Both the position numbers and the translations under genes were made by a program. The notes under the pieces are model-generated. The model did not search any database. It saw only the letters and a program-made list of their open reading frames with translations, and was not told where the DNA came from. A stretch of DNA of 64,000 bases from Klebsiella pneumoniae. Lineage in GTDB: Bacteria > Pseudomonadota > Gammaproteobacteria > Pseudomonadales > UBA5518. Of the stretch, positions 1-9,075 are shown one piece after another. The stretch is from assembly GCA_945862145.1 (NCBI GenBank), contig CAMAXE010000002.1, positions 165 to 64,164 on the forward strand, written 5' to 3'. Numbering within the stretch: the first letter of the stretch is position 1; the number at the start of each line of letters is the position of its first letter.

Positions 1-1616
1 GAGCAATTCCCGATCGCATACAGCCCTTCGATGGATGAACCATCGCCCCGTTGCACGCGTGCGTGCACGTCCGTGACCAAACCGCCCTGCGTGCCGAAGT
101 CGCCCGGATCGATGGGCATGGCATAGAAGGGCGCCTGGTCGATGGGTGCCAAGCATGGGTTGGGCGAGACGCGCGGATCGCCGTAGTAGCGGTCGTACTC
201 GGAATCCCCGCGGCCGAAGTCCGGGTCCGCGCCGCGCTTCGCGAAATCGTTCATGCGCGCGATGGTGTCTTCGAGACCTGCCGGGTCGATGCCCGCTTTC
301 ACAGCGAGTTCGGCGATAGTGTTCGCCTTGTGCACGAAACCCTCGTCGAACCAGCGCTGCGGCACCATCCAGTCTGGACGCATCTGGCTGTTGTAGAGCG
401 GCCCCACGATGTAGGTGCGGCGGAAGCGCGCGTCGAAGACGTGGAAGCTGGGTACGCAGGGGTTTTCATCGCTGTGGCGCGCGAACAGGTCCTTCTGGTA
501 GGCCATATAGTTCTGCGATTCGTTGGTGAAGCGCCGGCCGGCGGCGTTCACTACACAGGAGCCGGGGTAGGACTTCTCCATGATGCTCAGGCGTGGCATG
601 GGTTCGCCGGGCACCGTGATGGTGGTGCACCACCAGGCCTCCGACATCAGTTTGGTGGCCGCACCCACACGCATGCCCTCGCGGATGGCATCCCCGGTAT
701 TGGTGTGCACACCGCCGCTCCAGCGGTGGTCGGTGGGTTTGGGCAGGTACTGCTCGCGCATTTCCTGATTGTGCTCGAAGCCGCCGGCGGCAAGGACCAC
801 GCCCTTGCTGGCGCGGATCCGGATCAGGCGTCCGTCGCGCTCGGCGACCACACCGACCACGCGGCCCGTCTCGTCGGTGATCAGCTCGAGCATGGAACTC
901 TGCAGCCACAACGGAATATCGCGGTCCATCATTGAGAGTCGCAGTCTGGCGATTCCCGCGCAGCCCGTGCAGATGCGCCGCGAGCGACCCCAGCGCAGGA
1001 ACCACGGCAGATCCGCGACGCTGGAGGCGACCAGCGCTGCGGCACGCTTCCACCAGCCAGGAATCTGCACGGTGAAATCCCAGGCTTCTTCCTGGGTGAT
1101 CGCGAAGCGACCGAACATCCACATCATGTGGTGGGTGTCGATCAGATGCCTTGCCTCGTCGCCAAGCTCTGACTTGGCGAGTGGCTCGGGTTCCATCGAG
1201 CGGTGCCCGGTTTTCGAGCCTGCGAACTGGGAGTAGTAATCGGGGTACTGCGGTAGCGTGCGGTAGCGCACGCGGGTGCGATCGTGCAGGAAGTCGACCA
1301 TCCGCGGTGCTTCGCGGAGATAGGTCTCGATCATCTCCGTGGATACGGAGGCCTCGGGCACGGCGGCGCGCACATACGCCAGCGCCTCTTCGTAGGAGTC
1401 CGGTGCGCCGGCAGCTTGCGCGTAACGGTTGCACGGCACCCACACACCACCGCCGGAGATGGCGCTGGTGCCGCCGTACATATTGTTCTTCTCGATCAGC
1501 AGCACCTTGCCTGCGCCCATCTCGTGGGCGCAGACCGCTGCCGTCATCCCGCCATTACCGGAGCCGACGACCAATACGTCGACCTCGTGGTCCCAGTCAC
1601 TGCGGCAAATGGCCAT
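1..1616 (-). CDS. FAD-dependent oxidoreductase, 3-oxosteroid 1-dehydrogenase (KstD)/fumarate-reductase-flavoprotein-like; C-terminal end runs off the window
   Basis: Absent from the ORF track because it has no stop inside the window. My own minus-strand translation from ATG 1616..1614 gives MAICRSDWDHEVDVLVVGSGNGGMTAAVCAHEMGAGKVLLIEKNNMYGGTSAISGGGVWVP..., with a GxGxxG FAD fold. The frame stays open to position 1. The ATG overlaps the thiolase stop (TGATG). Confidence 0.8.
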   Translation of the reverse strand, partial: MAICRSDWDHEVDVLVVGSGNGGMTAAVCAHEMGAGKVLLIEKNNMYGGTSAISGGGVWVPCNRYAQAAGAPDSYEEALAYVRAAVPEASVSTEMIETYLREAPRMVDFLHDRTRVRYRTLPQYPDYYSQFAGSKTGHRSMEPEPLAKSELGDEARHLIDTHHMMWMFGRFAITQEEAWDFTVQIPGWWKRAAALVASSVADLPWFLRWGRSRRICTGCAGIARLRLSMMDRDIPLWLQSSMLELITDETGRVVGVVAERDGRLIRIRASKGVVLAAGGFEHNQEMREQYLPKPTDHRWSGGVHTNTGDAIREGMRVGAATKLMSEAWWCTTITVPGEPMPRLSIMEKSYPGSCVVNAAGRRFTNESQNYMAYQKDLFARHSDENPCVPSFHVFDARFRRTYIVGPLYNSQMRPDWMVPQRWFDEGFVHKANTIAELAVKAGIDPAGLEDTIARMNDFAKRGADPDFGRGDSEYDRYYGDPRVSPNPCLAPIDQAPFYAMPIDPGDFGTQGGLVTDVHARVQRGDGSSIEGLYAIGNC

Positions 1617-2797
1617 CAGAGTAGCTCGACGGCCAGAGCCGTTGCCTCGCCGCCGCCAATGCAGAGCGCGGCCACACCGCGCGTCTTGCCTAGGCGCCGC
1701 AGCGCATGCACCAGCGTGAGCACGATGCGGCTGCCGGTGGAACCGATGGGGTGGCCCTGCGCGCAGGCGCCGCCGAAGACGTTCACTTTCACCTCGTCCA
1801 GACCGAGTTGCACGATGGCCGCCATGGTGACCATGGCGAAGGCCTCGTTCACCTCGAAGAGATCCACGTCATCCTTGCTCCAGCCGGCCTTCGCCAGCAC
1901 TTTCTGGATCGCGCCTACTGGTGCGGTGGTGAAGAGCGCTGGCTCGTGGGAATTGCGTGCATGCGCCACGATGCGGGCCATGGGCGCGATGCCGTGCCGC
2001 TTCGCCTCGCCGAGCGAGCAGAGCACCAGCGCGGATGCGCCGTCGGAAATGGAGCTCGAATTGGCCGCGGTGATCGTGCCGTCCTTTGCGAAGGAGGGCT
2101 TCAGCGTGGGGATCTTGCCGGGGTTGGCGTTCAGGGGTTGCTCGTCGGTGTCGACCACTGTCTCGCCCTTGCGGCTCTTAACGGTGACCGCGACGATCTC
2201 GTCTTTCAGCGCGCCGCTGGAAATGGCAGCGTTGGCGCGCTCCAGCGATTGCACGGCGTAGCGGTCCATCTGCTCCCGGGTGAAGCCGAATTCGTTTGCT
2301 GTCTCCTGCGCGAAGGTGCCCATCAGGCGGCCCGTGTAGGCGTCTTCGAGGCCGTCGTGGAACATGTGGTCTTTGGCTTCGACGTGGCCGATGCGGTAAC
2401 CGGTGCGCGAGTTCAGCAGCAGGTGCGGGGCGCTGCTCATGCTTTCCATGCCGCCGGCGACCATCACGTTGTTGGTGCCGGCGCGGATCTGGTCATGGGC
2501 GAAGATGATCGCCTGCATGCCGGAGCCGCAGAGTTTGTTGATGGTGGTGGCGCCCGCGGTTTTCGGGATTCCGGCGGCGATGGCGGCCTGGCGAGCGGGG
2601 CCTTGCTTGACGCCCGCAGGGAGCACGCAGCCCATGATGACTTCATCGATGTCGCTCGCTGCGAAGCCGCTGCGCTCGACGGCTGCGCGGATGGCCGCGG
2701 TACCGAGTTCCACCGCGCTCACGCCGGAGAAAACGCCGTTCAGACCGCCCATGGCGGTGCGAGCGCCGCCAGCGATGACTACCGTTGAATCGTCCAT
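1616..2797 (-). CDS. acetyl-CoA C-acetyl/acyltransferase (thiolase)
   Basis: ORF 1616..3097 carries the thiolase signatures NKLCGSGMQAI (nucleophile Cys), NVFGGACAQGHPIGSTGSRIV and CIGGGEATALAVEL. The N-terminal 98 residues of the ORF are Arg/Pro-rich junk. AGGAG lies 7 nt before ATG 2797; ATG 2803 is the alternative start. Confidence 0.9.
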   Translation of the reverse strand: MDDSTVVIAGGARTAMGGLNGVFSGVSAVELGTAAIRAAVERSGFAASDIDEVIMGCVLPAGVKQGPARQAAIAAGIPKTAGATTINKLCGSGMQAIIFAHDQIRAGTNNVMVAGGMESMSSAPHLLLNSRTGYRIGHVEAKDHMFHDGLEDAYTGRLMGTFAQETANEFGFTREQMDRYAVQSLERANAAISSGALKDEIVAVTVKSRKGETVVDTDEQPLNANPGKIPTLKPSFAKDGTITAANSSSISDGASALVLCSLGEAKRHGIAPMARIVAHARNSHEPALFTTAPVGAIQKVLAKAGWSKDDVDLFEVNEAFAMVTMAAIVQLGLDEVKVNVFGGACAQGHPIGSTGSRIVLTLVHALRRLGKTRGVAALCIGGGEATALAVELL

Positions 2798-2864
2798 TGC
2801 CATACTCCTGCGAAAAGAGCGCGCATTGTCCCCGTGTGCCCGTGTTTTCGCCAGTCCCTGAGCG

Positions 2865-3872
2865 TCAGTTCGTGCCCACGGGGCCTGTGGCGCTGGTGAA
2901 GAGTTTGCCGCGCACGCGGCGGCGATAGCTCTGCGGGGCGGTCCCCGTGTGCGCGCTGAAGGCACGACTGAAATGACTGGCATTGCCGTAGCCGCAACGC
3001 GCGGCGATATCGGCGATCGCGAGGTTGCTGGAACGCAGCAGTTCGCGGGCCGCGGCGATGCGGGCCTGCTGCAGGAAGGCGAGCGGTGTGGTGCCAAGCG
3101 CGGCGCGGAAGCGGCGGTTCAGGCTGCGCGCCGAGAGCCCGCAGCGTGCGGCGAGCTCGGGAATCTGCAGCGGCTCGCCGAGATGCGCGAGCATCCAGTC
3201 CTGCGCGATCCACACTGCTTCGTCGGGGTGAGCGCCGGCTTCACCCTCGACGAAGCTGTGCGCCTCGAAGGGGCGCCGGATTTCGGGCGAGAACTGCGCC
3301 TCGACCTGGCGGGCCGCCTCGGGCCCGAACAGTTCGCGGATGAAGTGCACCATCAGATCGGCCACCGAGTTCACGCTGCCGGCGCAGTAGAAGTTCCCGG
3401 AGCGGGTGATCAGGTGTCGTCGCTGCAGCTGCACCGCCGGGTAGCGGTTGGCGAAGTCGCCGAAGAACGACCAGTGGGTGGTCGCGGGCCTGCCGTCGAG
3501 CAGACCCGCCGCGGCGGGAAAGTAGCTGCCCGTACCTACCGCGCAGATCCGTGCGCCACCGGCTGCGAGGCGGTGTATGCAGTCGGTGACGGGCGTGTGG
3601 CGGGCGACGGTGAGTGCAGGCGTACGCCACAGGGAGGGAATGATCGCCAGCTCGGCGTCTTCGACGCGGCTTGCCAGCGTGTCGGGCAGCAGGCGCAGTG
3701 ACCCCGACATGTTGAGCGAGCCGCGCCGCGCGCCGGCGACCTGTATGCGGGGCGGCTGGAAGCGCCGCTCGCGCGAGCGCCGATGCTGGATCGCCGCATG
3801 CAGCATCTCCAATGGCAGCGCGAGGCTCGACCCCAGGGCACCCTCGATGGCAAATACGATGATGGGACGCAC
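2865..3872 (-). CDS. GlxA-family transcriptional regulator (DJ-1/PfpI-like domain plus AraC-type HTH)
   Basis: The N-terminus MRPIIVFAIEGALGSSLALPLEML is typical of the GlxA class. The C-terminus has the AraC HTH (LSARSLNRRFRAALGTTPLAFLQQARIAAARELL...GYGNASHFSRAFSAHTGTAPQSYR). GTG start; divergent from the KAS gene. Confidence 0.85.
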   Translation of the reverse strand: MRPIIVFAIEGALGSSLALPLEMLHAAIQHRRSRERRFQPPRIQVAGARRGSLNMSGSLRLLPDTLASRVEDAELAIIPSLWRTPALTVARHTPVTDCIHRLAAGGARICAVGTGSYFPAAAGLLDGRPATTHWSFFGDFANRYPAVQLQRRHLITRSGNFYCAGSVNSVADLMVHFIRELFGPEAARQVEAQFSPEIRRPFEAHSFVEGEAGAHPDEAVWIAQDWMLAHLGEPLQIPELAARCGLSARSLNRRFRAALGTTPLAFLQQARIAAARELLRSSNLAIADIAARCGYGNASHFSRAFSAHTGTAPQSYRRRVRGKLFTSATGPVGTN

Positions 3873-3989
3873 GATGACCCCGTAATTGGCTTAAACAACA
3901 AAACCAATGGCTGATATCGGCAATCATAAAGGGATTCGGGCACCTACACTTCGGTGCATTATCGCTGTTGCCACGGAGAGACCGATTTC

Positions 3990-5852
3990 ATGAGCAGACT
4001 GCCCGTGATCACCGGTTTCGGTGGCATATCCCCGGCCGGACGCAGTTCCGGGCATCACGGCTTCCGGCGTCTGGTGATCGATGCACTCCCCGCGGCGCAG
4101 GCCAGTGAAACCTGGCAGAGCCTCGCCCGCCTGATGGGGGTCGCCGATAGCGGCAGCGCGGAGGCCCGCACCCACATGCGCGCCCACAGCCTGGTCCGGC
4201 GCATCGAGGCCGCTCATTTCGACAGCGATCACATCCCGTGGAACCGGCGGGTGCAGATCGGGCCAACCGACGCCGGAGGTGCCTTGCTGCGGGTTTCCGG
4301 GGCACACCTTGAAGAGGTTCTGCCCGGTGGCTGGACCGTGCTGGGACGCGAGGGGCGCGCGGTAGATGTGCGATTGGACGGTGCCACCGAGGTACTGCTG
4401 CCGAGCGAGCGCCGCTCCGACGTGCACGCGGCCGGACAACTGCCTAGCGGCTTTGACCCGGGCGCGCTCTATCCTGCGCGCAATCACCCGCGTGGCCTGC
4501 AGATGACCATCTTCGGCGCCTCCGATGCGCTCGGCTCGCTTGGCATCGGCTGGGAGCAGATCCTCGCGCGCGTCAGCCCGGAGAAGGTCAGCGTCTATGC
4601 CGGCAGCGGCATGAGTCAGCTCGATGCCAACGGCAACGGGGGCATGGTTGCCTCGCGTTCCATGGGGCGCCGGGTGAGTTCCAAACAGTGCCCCTTCGGC
4701 TTTGCCGAGATGCCGGCGGATTTCATCAATGCCTACGTGCTGGGCAGCCTTGGCAACACCGGCACCAGCATGGGTGCCTGCGCCTCCTTCCTGTACAACC
4801 TGCGGCTGGCAGCAGCGGACATCCAGTCCGGTCGTGCGCTGGTGGCAGTGGTGGGAAATGCCGAGGCCCCTATCACGCCCGAAGTGATCGAGGGCTATGC
4901 CGCCATGGGGGCGCTCGCCACCGACGACGGGCTTCGTGCACTCGACGGGCTGGATCGCACGCAGCGGCCCGATCATGCAAGAGCCTGCCGCCCCTTCGCC
5001 GACAACTGCGGCTTCACCATCGCGGAGTCTGCGCAGTTCGTGGTGTTGATGGACGCCGAGCTGGCGCTGGAGATGGGCGCCAGCATTCACGCGGCAGTGG
5101 CCGATGTATTCGTGAACGCCGATGGCTACAAGAAATCGATCTCGGCGCCGGGCGTGGGCAATTACCTCACCATGGCTCGCGCGGCGGCCTTGGCGCGGGC
5201 CATCGTTGGCGAGGACAGTTTGCGTCATCGCTCCTTCGTGCAGGCACACGGCACCGGCACGCCGCAGAACCGTGTCACCGAATCGCACATCCTGAACGAG
5301 ACGGCGCGTGTGTTCGGCATCAGCGACTGGCCGGTGTGCGCCCTGAAGAGCTACCTCGGCCACTCGATCGGCGCTGCCGCCGGCGACCAGGTGGTGATGA
5401 CGCTGGGCACTTGGGCACATGGCTGGCTGCCCGGCATTCTCACGGCCTCCAGCAACGCCGCCGACGTCCACGCCACGCACCTCGACATCCTGCGCCGGCA
5501 CCGCGATTTTGATCCCGCAGAGCTCGACGTGGCGCTGATCAACGCGAAGGGTTTTGGCGGCAACAATGCCACTGCCACCTTGCTCTCGCCGCATGTGGCG
5601 CGGCGCATGATGGAAAAGCGTTTTGGTGCCGAGGCGATGAACGACTGGCGCGCGCGCAACGAGGCGGTGCGCATTGCCGCAGCCGATCACGACACGCGTG
5701 CCACCGCCGGCGAGGCGCCGCCCATCTACCGCTTCGACCACGGTGTGCTGCACGGCGAGGACTTGAGCTGGGATGCCGAGGCGATGCGTGTGCCCGGTTA
5801 CGCCCGTGCCATCGATCTGGCGCAGGATTCTCCCTATACCGACTGGCAGTGA
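3990..5852 (+). CDS. fabY: stand-alone ~620-aa beta-ketoacyl-ACP synthase of the FabY type (KAS I/II domain)
   Basis: The N-terminus MSRLPVITGFGGISPAGRSSGHHGFRRLVI matches my memory of P. aeruginosa FabY. A Cys-His-His triad is present (GACASFLYN, HGTGTPQN, YLGHSIGAAAG). GGAGAG RBS lies before ATG 3990. Confidence 0.8.
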   Translation: MSRLPVITGFGGISPAGRSSGHHGFRRLVIDALPAAQASETWQSLARLMGVADSGSAEARTHMRAHSLVRRIEAAHFDSDHIPWNRRVQIGPTDAGGALLRVSGAHLEEVLPGGWTVLGREGRAVDVRLDGATEVLLPSERRSDVHAAGQLPSGFDPGALYPARNHPRGLQMTIFGASDALGSLGIGWEQILARVSPEKVSVYAGSGMSQLDANGNGGMVASRSMGRRVSSKQCPFGFAEMPADFINAYVLGSLGNTGTSMGACASFLYNLRLAAADIQSGRALVAVVGNAEAPITPEVIEGYAAMGALATDDGLRALDGLDRTQRPDHARACRPFADNCGFTIAESAQFVVLMDAELALEMGASIHAAVADVFVNADGYKKSISAPGVGNYLTMARAAALARAIVGEDSLRHRSFVQAHGTGTPQNRVTESHILNETARVFGISDWPVCALKSYLGHSIGAAAGDQVVMTLGTWAHGWLPGILTASSNAADVHATHLDILRRHRDFDPAELDVALINAKGFGGNNATATLLSPHVARRMMEKRFGAEAMNDWRARNEAVRIAAADHDTRATAGEAPPIYRFDHGVLHGEDLSWDAEAMRVPGYARAIDLAQDSPYTDWQ

Positions 5853-5883
5853 TACCGTTCCCGAATCCACCGGAGATCCACAC

Positions 5884-6390
5884 ATGGACTACTCACACAG
5901 CTATTGGCTGGAGATGCCGATCGCCTTGCCCGCAGCCTGGCAGAAGCTGCGCGATCTCGGTGTAGCGCACCATTACGTGCCGGGACTGACGGGGACGGAA
6001 ATCACCACCACGGCACGCGAGGGCGTGGGTGCCAGCCGTCGCGTATTCCAGTCCGGTGGCCGCTGGATCGACGAGAGCGTCACGGAGTGGGTCGAGGGGC
6101 ATGGTTTCGAGATCCGTCTGCACCACGGCAGTGAGGGCATGGTCGCACCGTTCCGCGAGGCGACGTTCCGTTACTGGCTGGATGCCGCCGGGGCCTCGGG
6201 TACGCGTCTCACACTGACGCTGGCGTACTCATTGCGCTGGGGTTTTTGCGGGCGTGTGCTGGAGAGACTCGCGATGGGCCGTGGCGTGACCGGCAACCTA
6301 CGCGATGTTGCGCTGGGCCTGCGCGAGTACTACCTCAGCGGCACGCCGGTGACCGCGGCGCGCCGTGCAGAGTTGAAGCGTGCTCAGTAG
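5884..6390 (+). CDS. SRPBCC (START/polyketide-cyclase-like) family protein
   Basis: 168-aa ORF with high GC3 and a GGAGA RBS. The sequence pattern (MDYSHSYWLEMPIALPAAWQKLRDLG...VTEWVEGHGFEI...FRYWL) is typical of SRPBCC ligand-binding proteins. It lies 31 nt downstream of the KAS gene. Confidence 0.65.
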   Translation: MDYSHSYWLEMPIALPAAWQKLRDLGVAHHYVPGLTGTEITTTAREGVGASRRVFQSGGRWIDESVTEWVEGHGFEIRLHHGSEGMVAPFREATFRYWLDAAGASGTRLTLTLAYSLRWGFCGRVLERLAMGRGVTGNLRDVALGLREYYLSGTPVTAARRAELKRAQ

Positions 6391-7391
6391 GGATTGGCCG
6401 AGAGCACGCCGTTGCTCACCGATATTGTGTAGTAGCCGAGCGACGGACGGTTCGCCAGGTTGAACGTGCCACCCGCCGGCACCTTCCAGATCTTGAAGTT
6501 CGCGTAGCTGAGGGGCTGTTTGGCAGCCACTTTGTCCGTGCCGCTGATCGCGTGGTCAGCGAGCACGAAATAGGCCGTCGACGGTGCTCCGGGGTTACCG
6601 TGGACCGTGGCGAGGCCGTTGGCATTCACCACGATGGACGTCTGCTCATCGGCTGCCACGCCCATCACGCTGGTGCCGTAACCATCCTTGATCTGCCGCG
6701 CCAGGAAACCCATCAAGCGTCCCATGCGGTCGCGCGTGACGAAGTGCTGATCGGTGATGGTCTCTGCCATGAAGGGCCAATTGAAAAAGCCACGCGTGAA
6801 GGTGACGCTGGAGTGATAGGGGTTGGCAAGGACATAGGCGGAGGTCGCGCCGGCCACGCAGGCGTCATAGGCCGTGGGGCTCTGGATGGCCATGCCGGCG
6901 CTGGTGCCGCCCACGGCGCCGTGCTTGCGCTCCAGTACGTATTCCACGGCGGTCTCCACCGGGGTGCCCTTGAACAGGGTCACGTAATTGCACTGATCGC
7001 CGCCCGCAAAAAACACCACTTCTGCGTTACGAATGGTGGTGTTGATAGCCGCCGCCGCAGTGTCGGTGCGCCGGGTGATCACCAGGGTCTCGACCGAGTC
7101 GACACCGTTCATGGCGTAGATGTAGTCGTTGTAGCCGTTGGAGCCGGTGGCACGCAGGATCACCACATCGACCTTGGTGCTGCAGGCGCTGCCGGTGCAG
7201 CCGCGCGCCAGATCGATCATGGCCTGCAGCGCTGAGTCCACGTCCAAACCCCCGCCGCCCAGATCGAGAGCTGGGCCGTGGAGCGTGGGCTCGGGATTCG
7301 CCGGGGAGCCGGTGAGGTAGCGGGTTACCTTCGCGGTCGCTGCTTGGGGTAGCAGAAGCGCGGCACACAGGGCGAGCGGAATAAAGCGCAT
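6384..7391 (-). CDS. secreted peptidase S51 / cyanophycinase-like protein
   Basis: Signal peptide MRFIPLALCAALLLPQAATA. S51-type nucleophile segment GAVGGTSAGMAIQ, plus FFAGGDQ. Confidence 0.75.
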   Translation of the reverse strand: MRFIPLALCAALLLPQAATAKVTRYLTGSPANPEPTLHGPALDLGGGGLDVDSALQAMIDLARGCTGSACSTKVDVVILRATGSNGYNDYIYAMNGVDSVETLVITRRTDTAAAAINTTIRNAEVVFFAGGDQCNYVTLFKGTPVETAVEYVLERKHGAVGGTSAGMAIQSPTAYDACVAGATSAYVLANPYHSSVTFTRGFFNWPFMAETITDQHFVTRDRMGRLMGFLARQIKDGYGTSVMGVAADEQTSIVVNANGLATVHGNPGAPSTAYFVLADHAISGTDKVAAKQPLSYANFKIWKVPAGGTFNLANRPSLGYYTISVSNGVLSANPY

Positions 7392-7523
7392 GGGATCATC
7401 TTTTGCGTCAGGGGTGTAGCGGCATCCTATGTCGGTTGCGGCCGGAATGCGCCTCCTCCGTGGCGCCGTTGCAATCGTCCTCTGGCGTTGGCAGAGTGCG
7501 GCAACACCGCGACGGGCATTCGT

Positions 7524-8099
7524 ATGGACACATTGGAGGCATTGCTCGGCCGCTCGTCTGCCTCACGGCTCACCGAGCCCGCGCCGCAGGGCCTGGTACG
7601 GGAGCGCATTTTTCGCTCGGCGCTGCGTGCCCCGGATCATGCGCGGCTGCGGCCCTGGCGCTTCCTGGTGGTGGAAGGCGAGGGGCGCGATCGATTGGGC
7701 GAAGCGCTGGCCCGGGCGATGCAGCGGCGTGACGGCGCAGTGGATGAACTCACCCTGCAGACGCTGCGCGCCAATCCGCTGCGTGCCCCGCTACTGGTGT
7801 TGCCCGTGGCGGATGTGCGCGAGCATGCCAAGGTACCCTTGCTGGAGCAGCAGATGTCGGTGGCTTGCGCTGCGCAGTGCATTCTTCTGGCGGCGCACGC
7901 CGAGGGCTTTGGCGGCATCTGGCGCAGCGGTTCCATCACGTATTCGTCCGAACTCCACGCTGAACTCGGTCTTGCCGATAGCGAGCAGTTGCTCGGTTTC
8001 CTGTACCTCGGCACGCCGGTGGCTGCGTCAGCGCGCCCCGCCGCGGACCCTGACCCGAGGCAGCACTTCAGGTCCTGGCCACCACTGACCCCCACCTGA
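7524..8099 (+). CDS. nitroreductase family protein
   Basis: MDTLEALLGRSSASRLTEPAP...APDHARLRPWRFLVVEGEGR...AAQCILLAAHAEGFGGIWRSG matches the YdjA/NfnB-like nitroreductase fold pattern. Confidence 0.8.
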   Translation: MDTLEALLGRSSASRLTEPAPQGLVRERIFRSALRAPDHARLRPWRFLVVEGEGRDRLGEALARAMQRRDGAVDELTLQTLRANPLRAPLLVLPVADVREHAKVPLLEQQMSVACAAQCILLAAHAEGFGGIWRSGSITYSSELHAELGLADSEQLLGFLYLGTPVAASARPAADPDPRQHFRSWPPLTPT

Positions 8100-8110
8100 G
8101 CAATCCTCCT

Positions 8111-8926
8111 ATGCAGATTCCCGCCTGCGAAACCCTGGCTCTGTCCGTCGATGCGCACGTTGCGCATGTCGAGCTGAATCGTCCCGACAAGGCGAACGCC
8201 ATGAGCGCTGCCATGTGGCAGGAACTCGAGACCTGTTTCCGCTGGTGCAGCGATGAACCCGATGTGCGCGTCGTGGTGCTGTCGGCGCGTGGCAAGCATT
8301 TTTGTTCGGGCATCGATCTGCAGATCTTCGCCACGCTCGATGATCCCGCACAGGAGCCCGCGCGCCGTGCCGAAGGCCGGCGTGACACCATCCTGCGACT
8401 CCAAGGCAACCTCACGGCCATCGAGCGCTGTCGCAAGCCCGTGCTGGCTGCGATCCACAACACCTGCATAGGCGGTGGTGTCGATATGGTCTGCTGCGCC
8501 GATATCCGCTATGCCAGTGCTGATGCCTGGTTCTCCATCAAGGAAATCGACATTGGCATGGTGGCCGATGTCGGGACCCTGCAGCGCCTGCCTCGTCTGA
8601 TCGACGATGGCCTCGTTCGCGAACTCGCCTACACGGGCCGGCGCATGAACGCTGCCGAAGCCCTGCAGGGCGGCCTGCTCACCCGGGTGTTCCCGGACCG
8701 TGAAGCGCTTCTGGCCGGCGTCATGGAGATCGCCCGAACCATCTCGGCACGTTCGCCGCTCGCGGTGCGCGGCACCAAGGAACTGATCCTGTACGGGCGC
8801 GACCACAGCGTCGAGGACGGACTGCGCTATATCGCCAACTGGAACGCAGGGATGCTGAGCATCGACGACCTCTCGCGCTCCCTTGCCGCAGGGGGCAAGC
8901 CCGAGGCCGTCGACTACCGGGGCTGA
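8111..8926 (+). CDS. enoyl-CoA hydratase/isomerase (crotonase) family, dienoyl-CoA-isomerase-like
   Basis: VELNRPDKANAM...FCSGIDL...KPVLAAIHNTCIGGGVDMVCCADIRYAS...FSIKEIDIGMVADVGTLQRLP gives the crotonase oxyanion-hole motifs. Confidence 0.85.
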   Translation: MQIPACETLALSVDAHVAHVELNRPDKANAMSAAMWQELETCFRWCSDEPDVRVVVLSARGKHFCSGIDLQIFATLDDPAQEPARRAEGRRDTILRLQGNLTAIERCRKPVLAAIHNTCIGGGVDMVCCADIRYASADAWFSIKEIDIGMVADVGTLQRLPRLIDDGLVRELAYTGRRMNAAEALQGGLLTRVFPDREALLAGVMEIARTISARSPLAVRGTKELILYGRDHSVEDGLRYIANWNAGMLSIDDLSRSLAAGGKPEAVDYRG

Positions 8927-9075
8927 CGGGTACGCAAATTGCTGGTGCCGGTTGACCCGCAGTCCAACAGGCTGAGGACGGGTGTTTATGCCTGAGCCGT
9001 GCACCGCGAGCGTGCGGGATTGCATTTATTGCACCCGAACAACGCACAAATAACGATCACGATCTGGAGGTTCCG

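Noticed and set aside
3924-5885. Very long alternative-frame or antisense ORFs: 3924..5885(-), 7637..9025(-), 8986..10488(-), 15944..17719(-), 24291..25631(-), 50442..52151(-), 51..935(+), 466..1443(-), 60396..61238(-) and many shorter ones.
   Set aside because: Their products are Arg/Ala/Pro/Gly/His-rich low-complexity strings. Each lies opposite to, or out of frame with, a gene that has clear family motifs. This is the usual stop-codon-poor artefact of high-GC DNA.
8981-9075. Possible sigma54/NtrC-type promoter upstream of amtB (TGCACC...CGTGC, duplicated TTGCA).
   Set aside because: No GG-N10-GC arrangement with correct spacing could be found. The TGCACC half-sites do not form a convincing NtrC palindrome.
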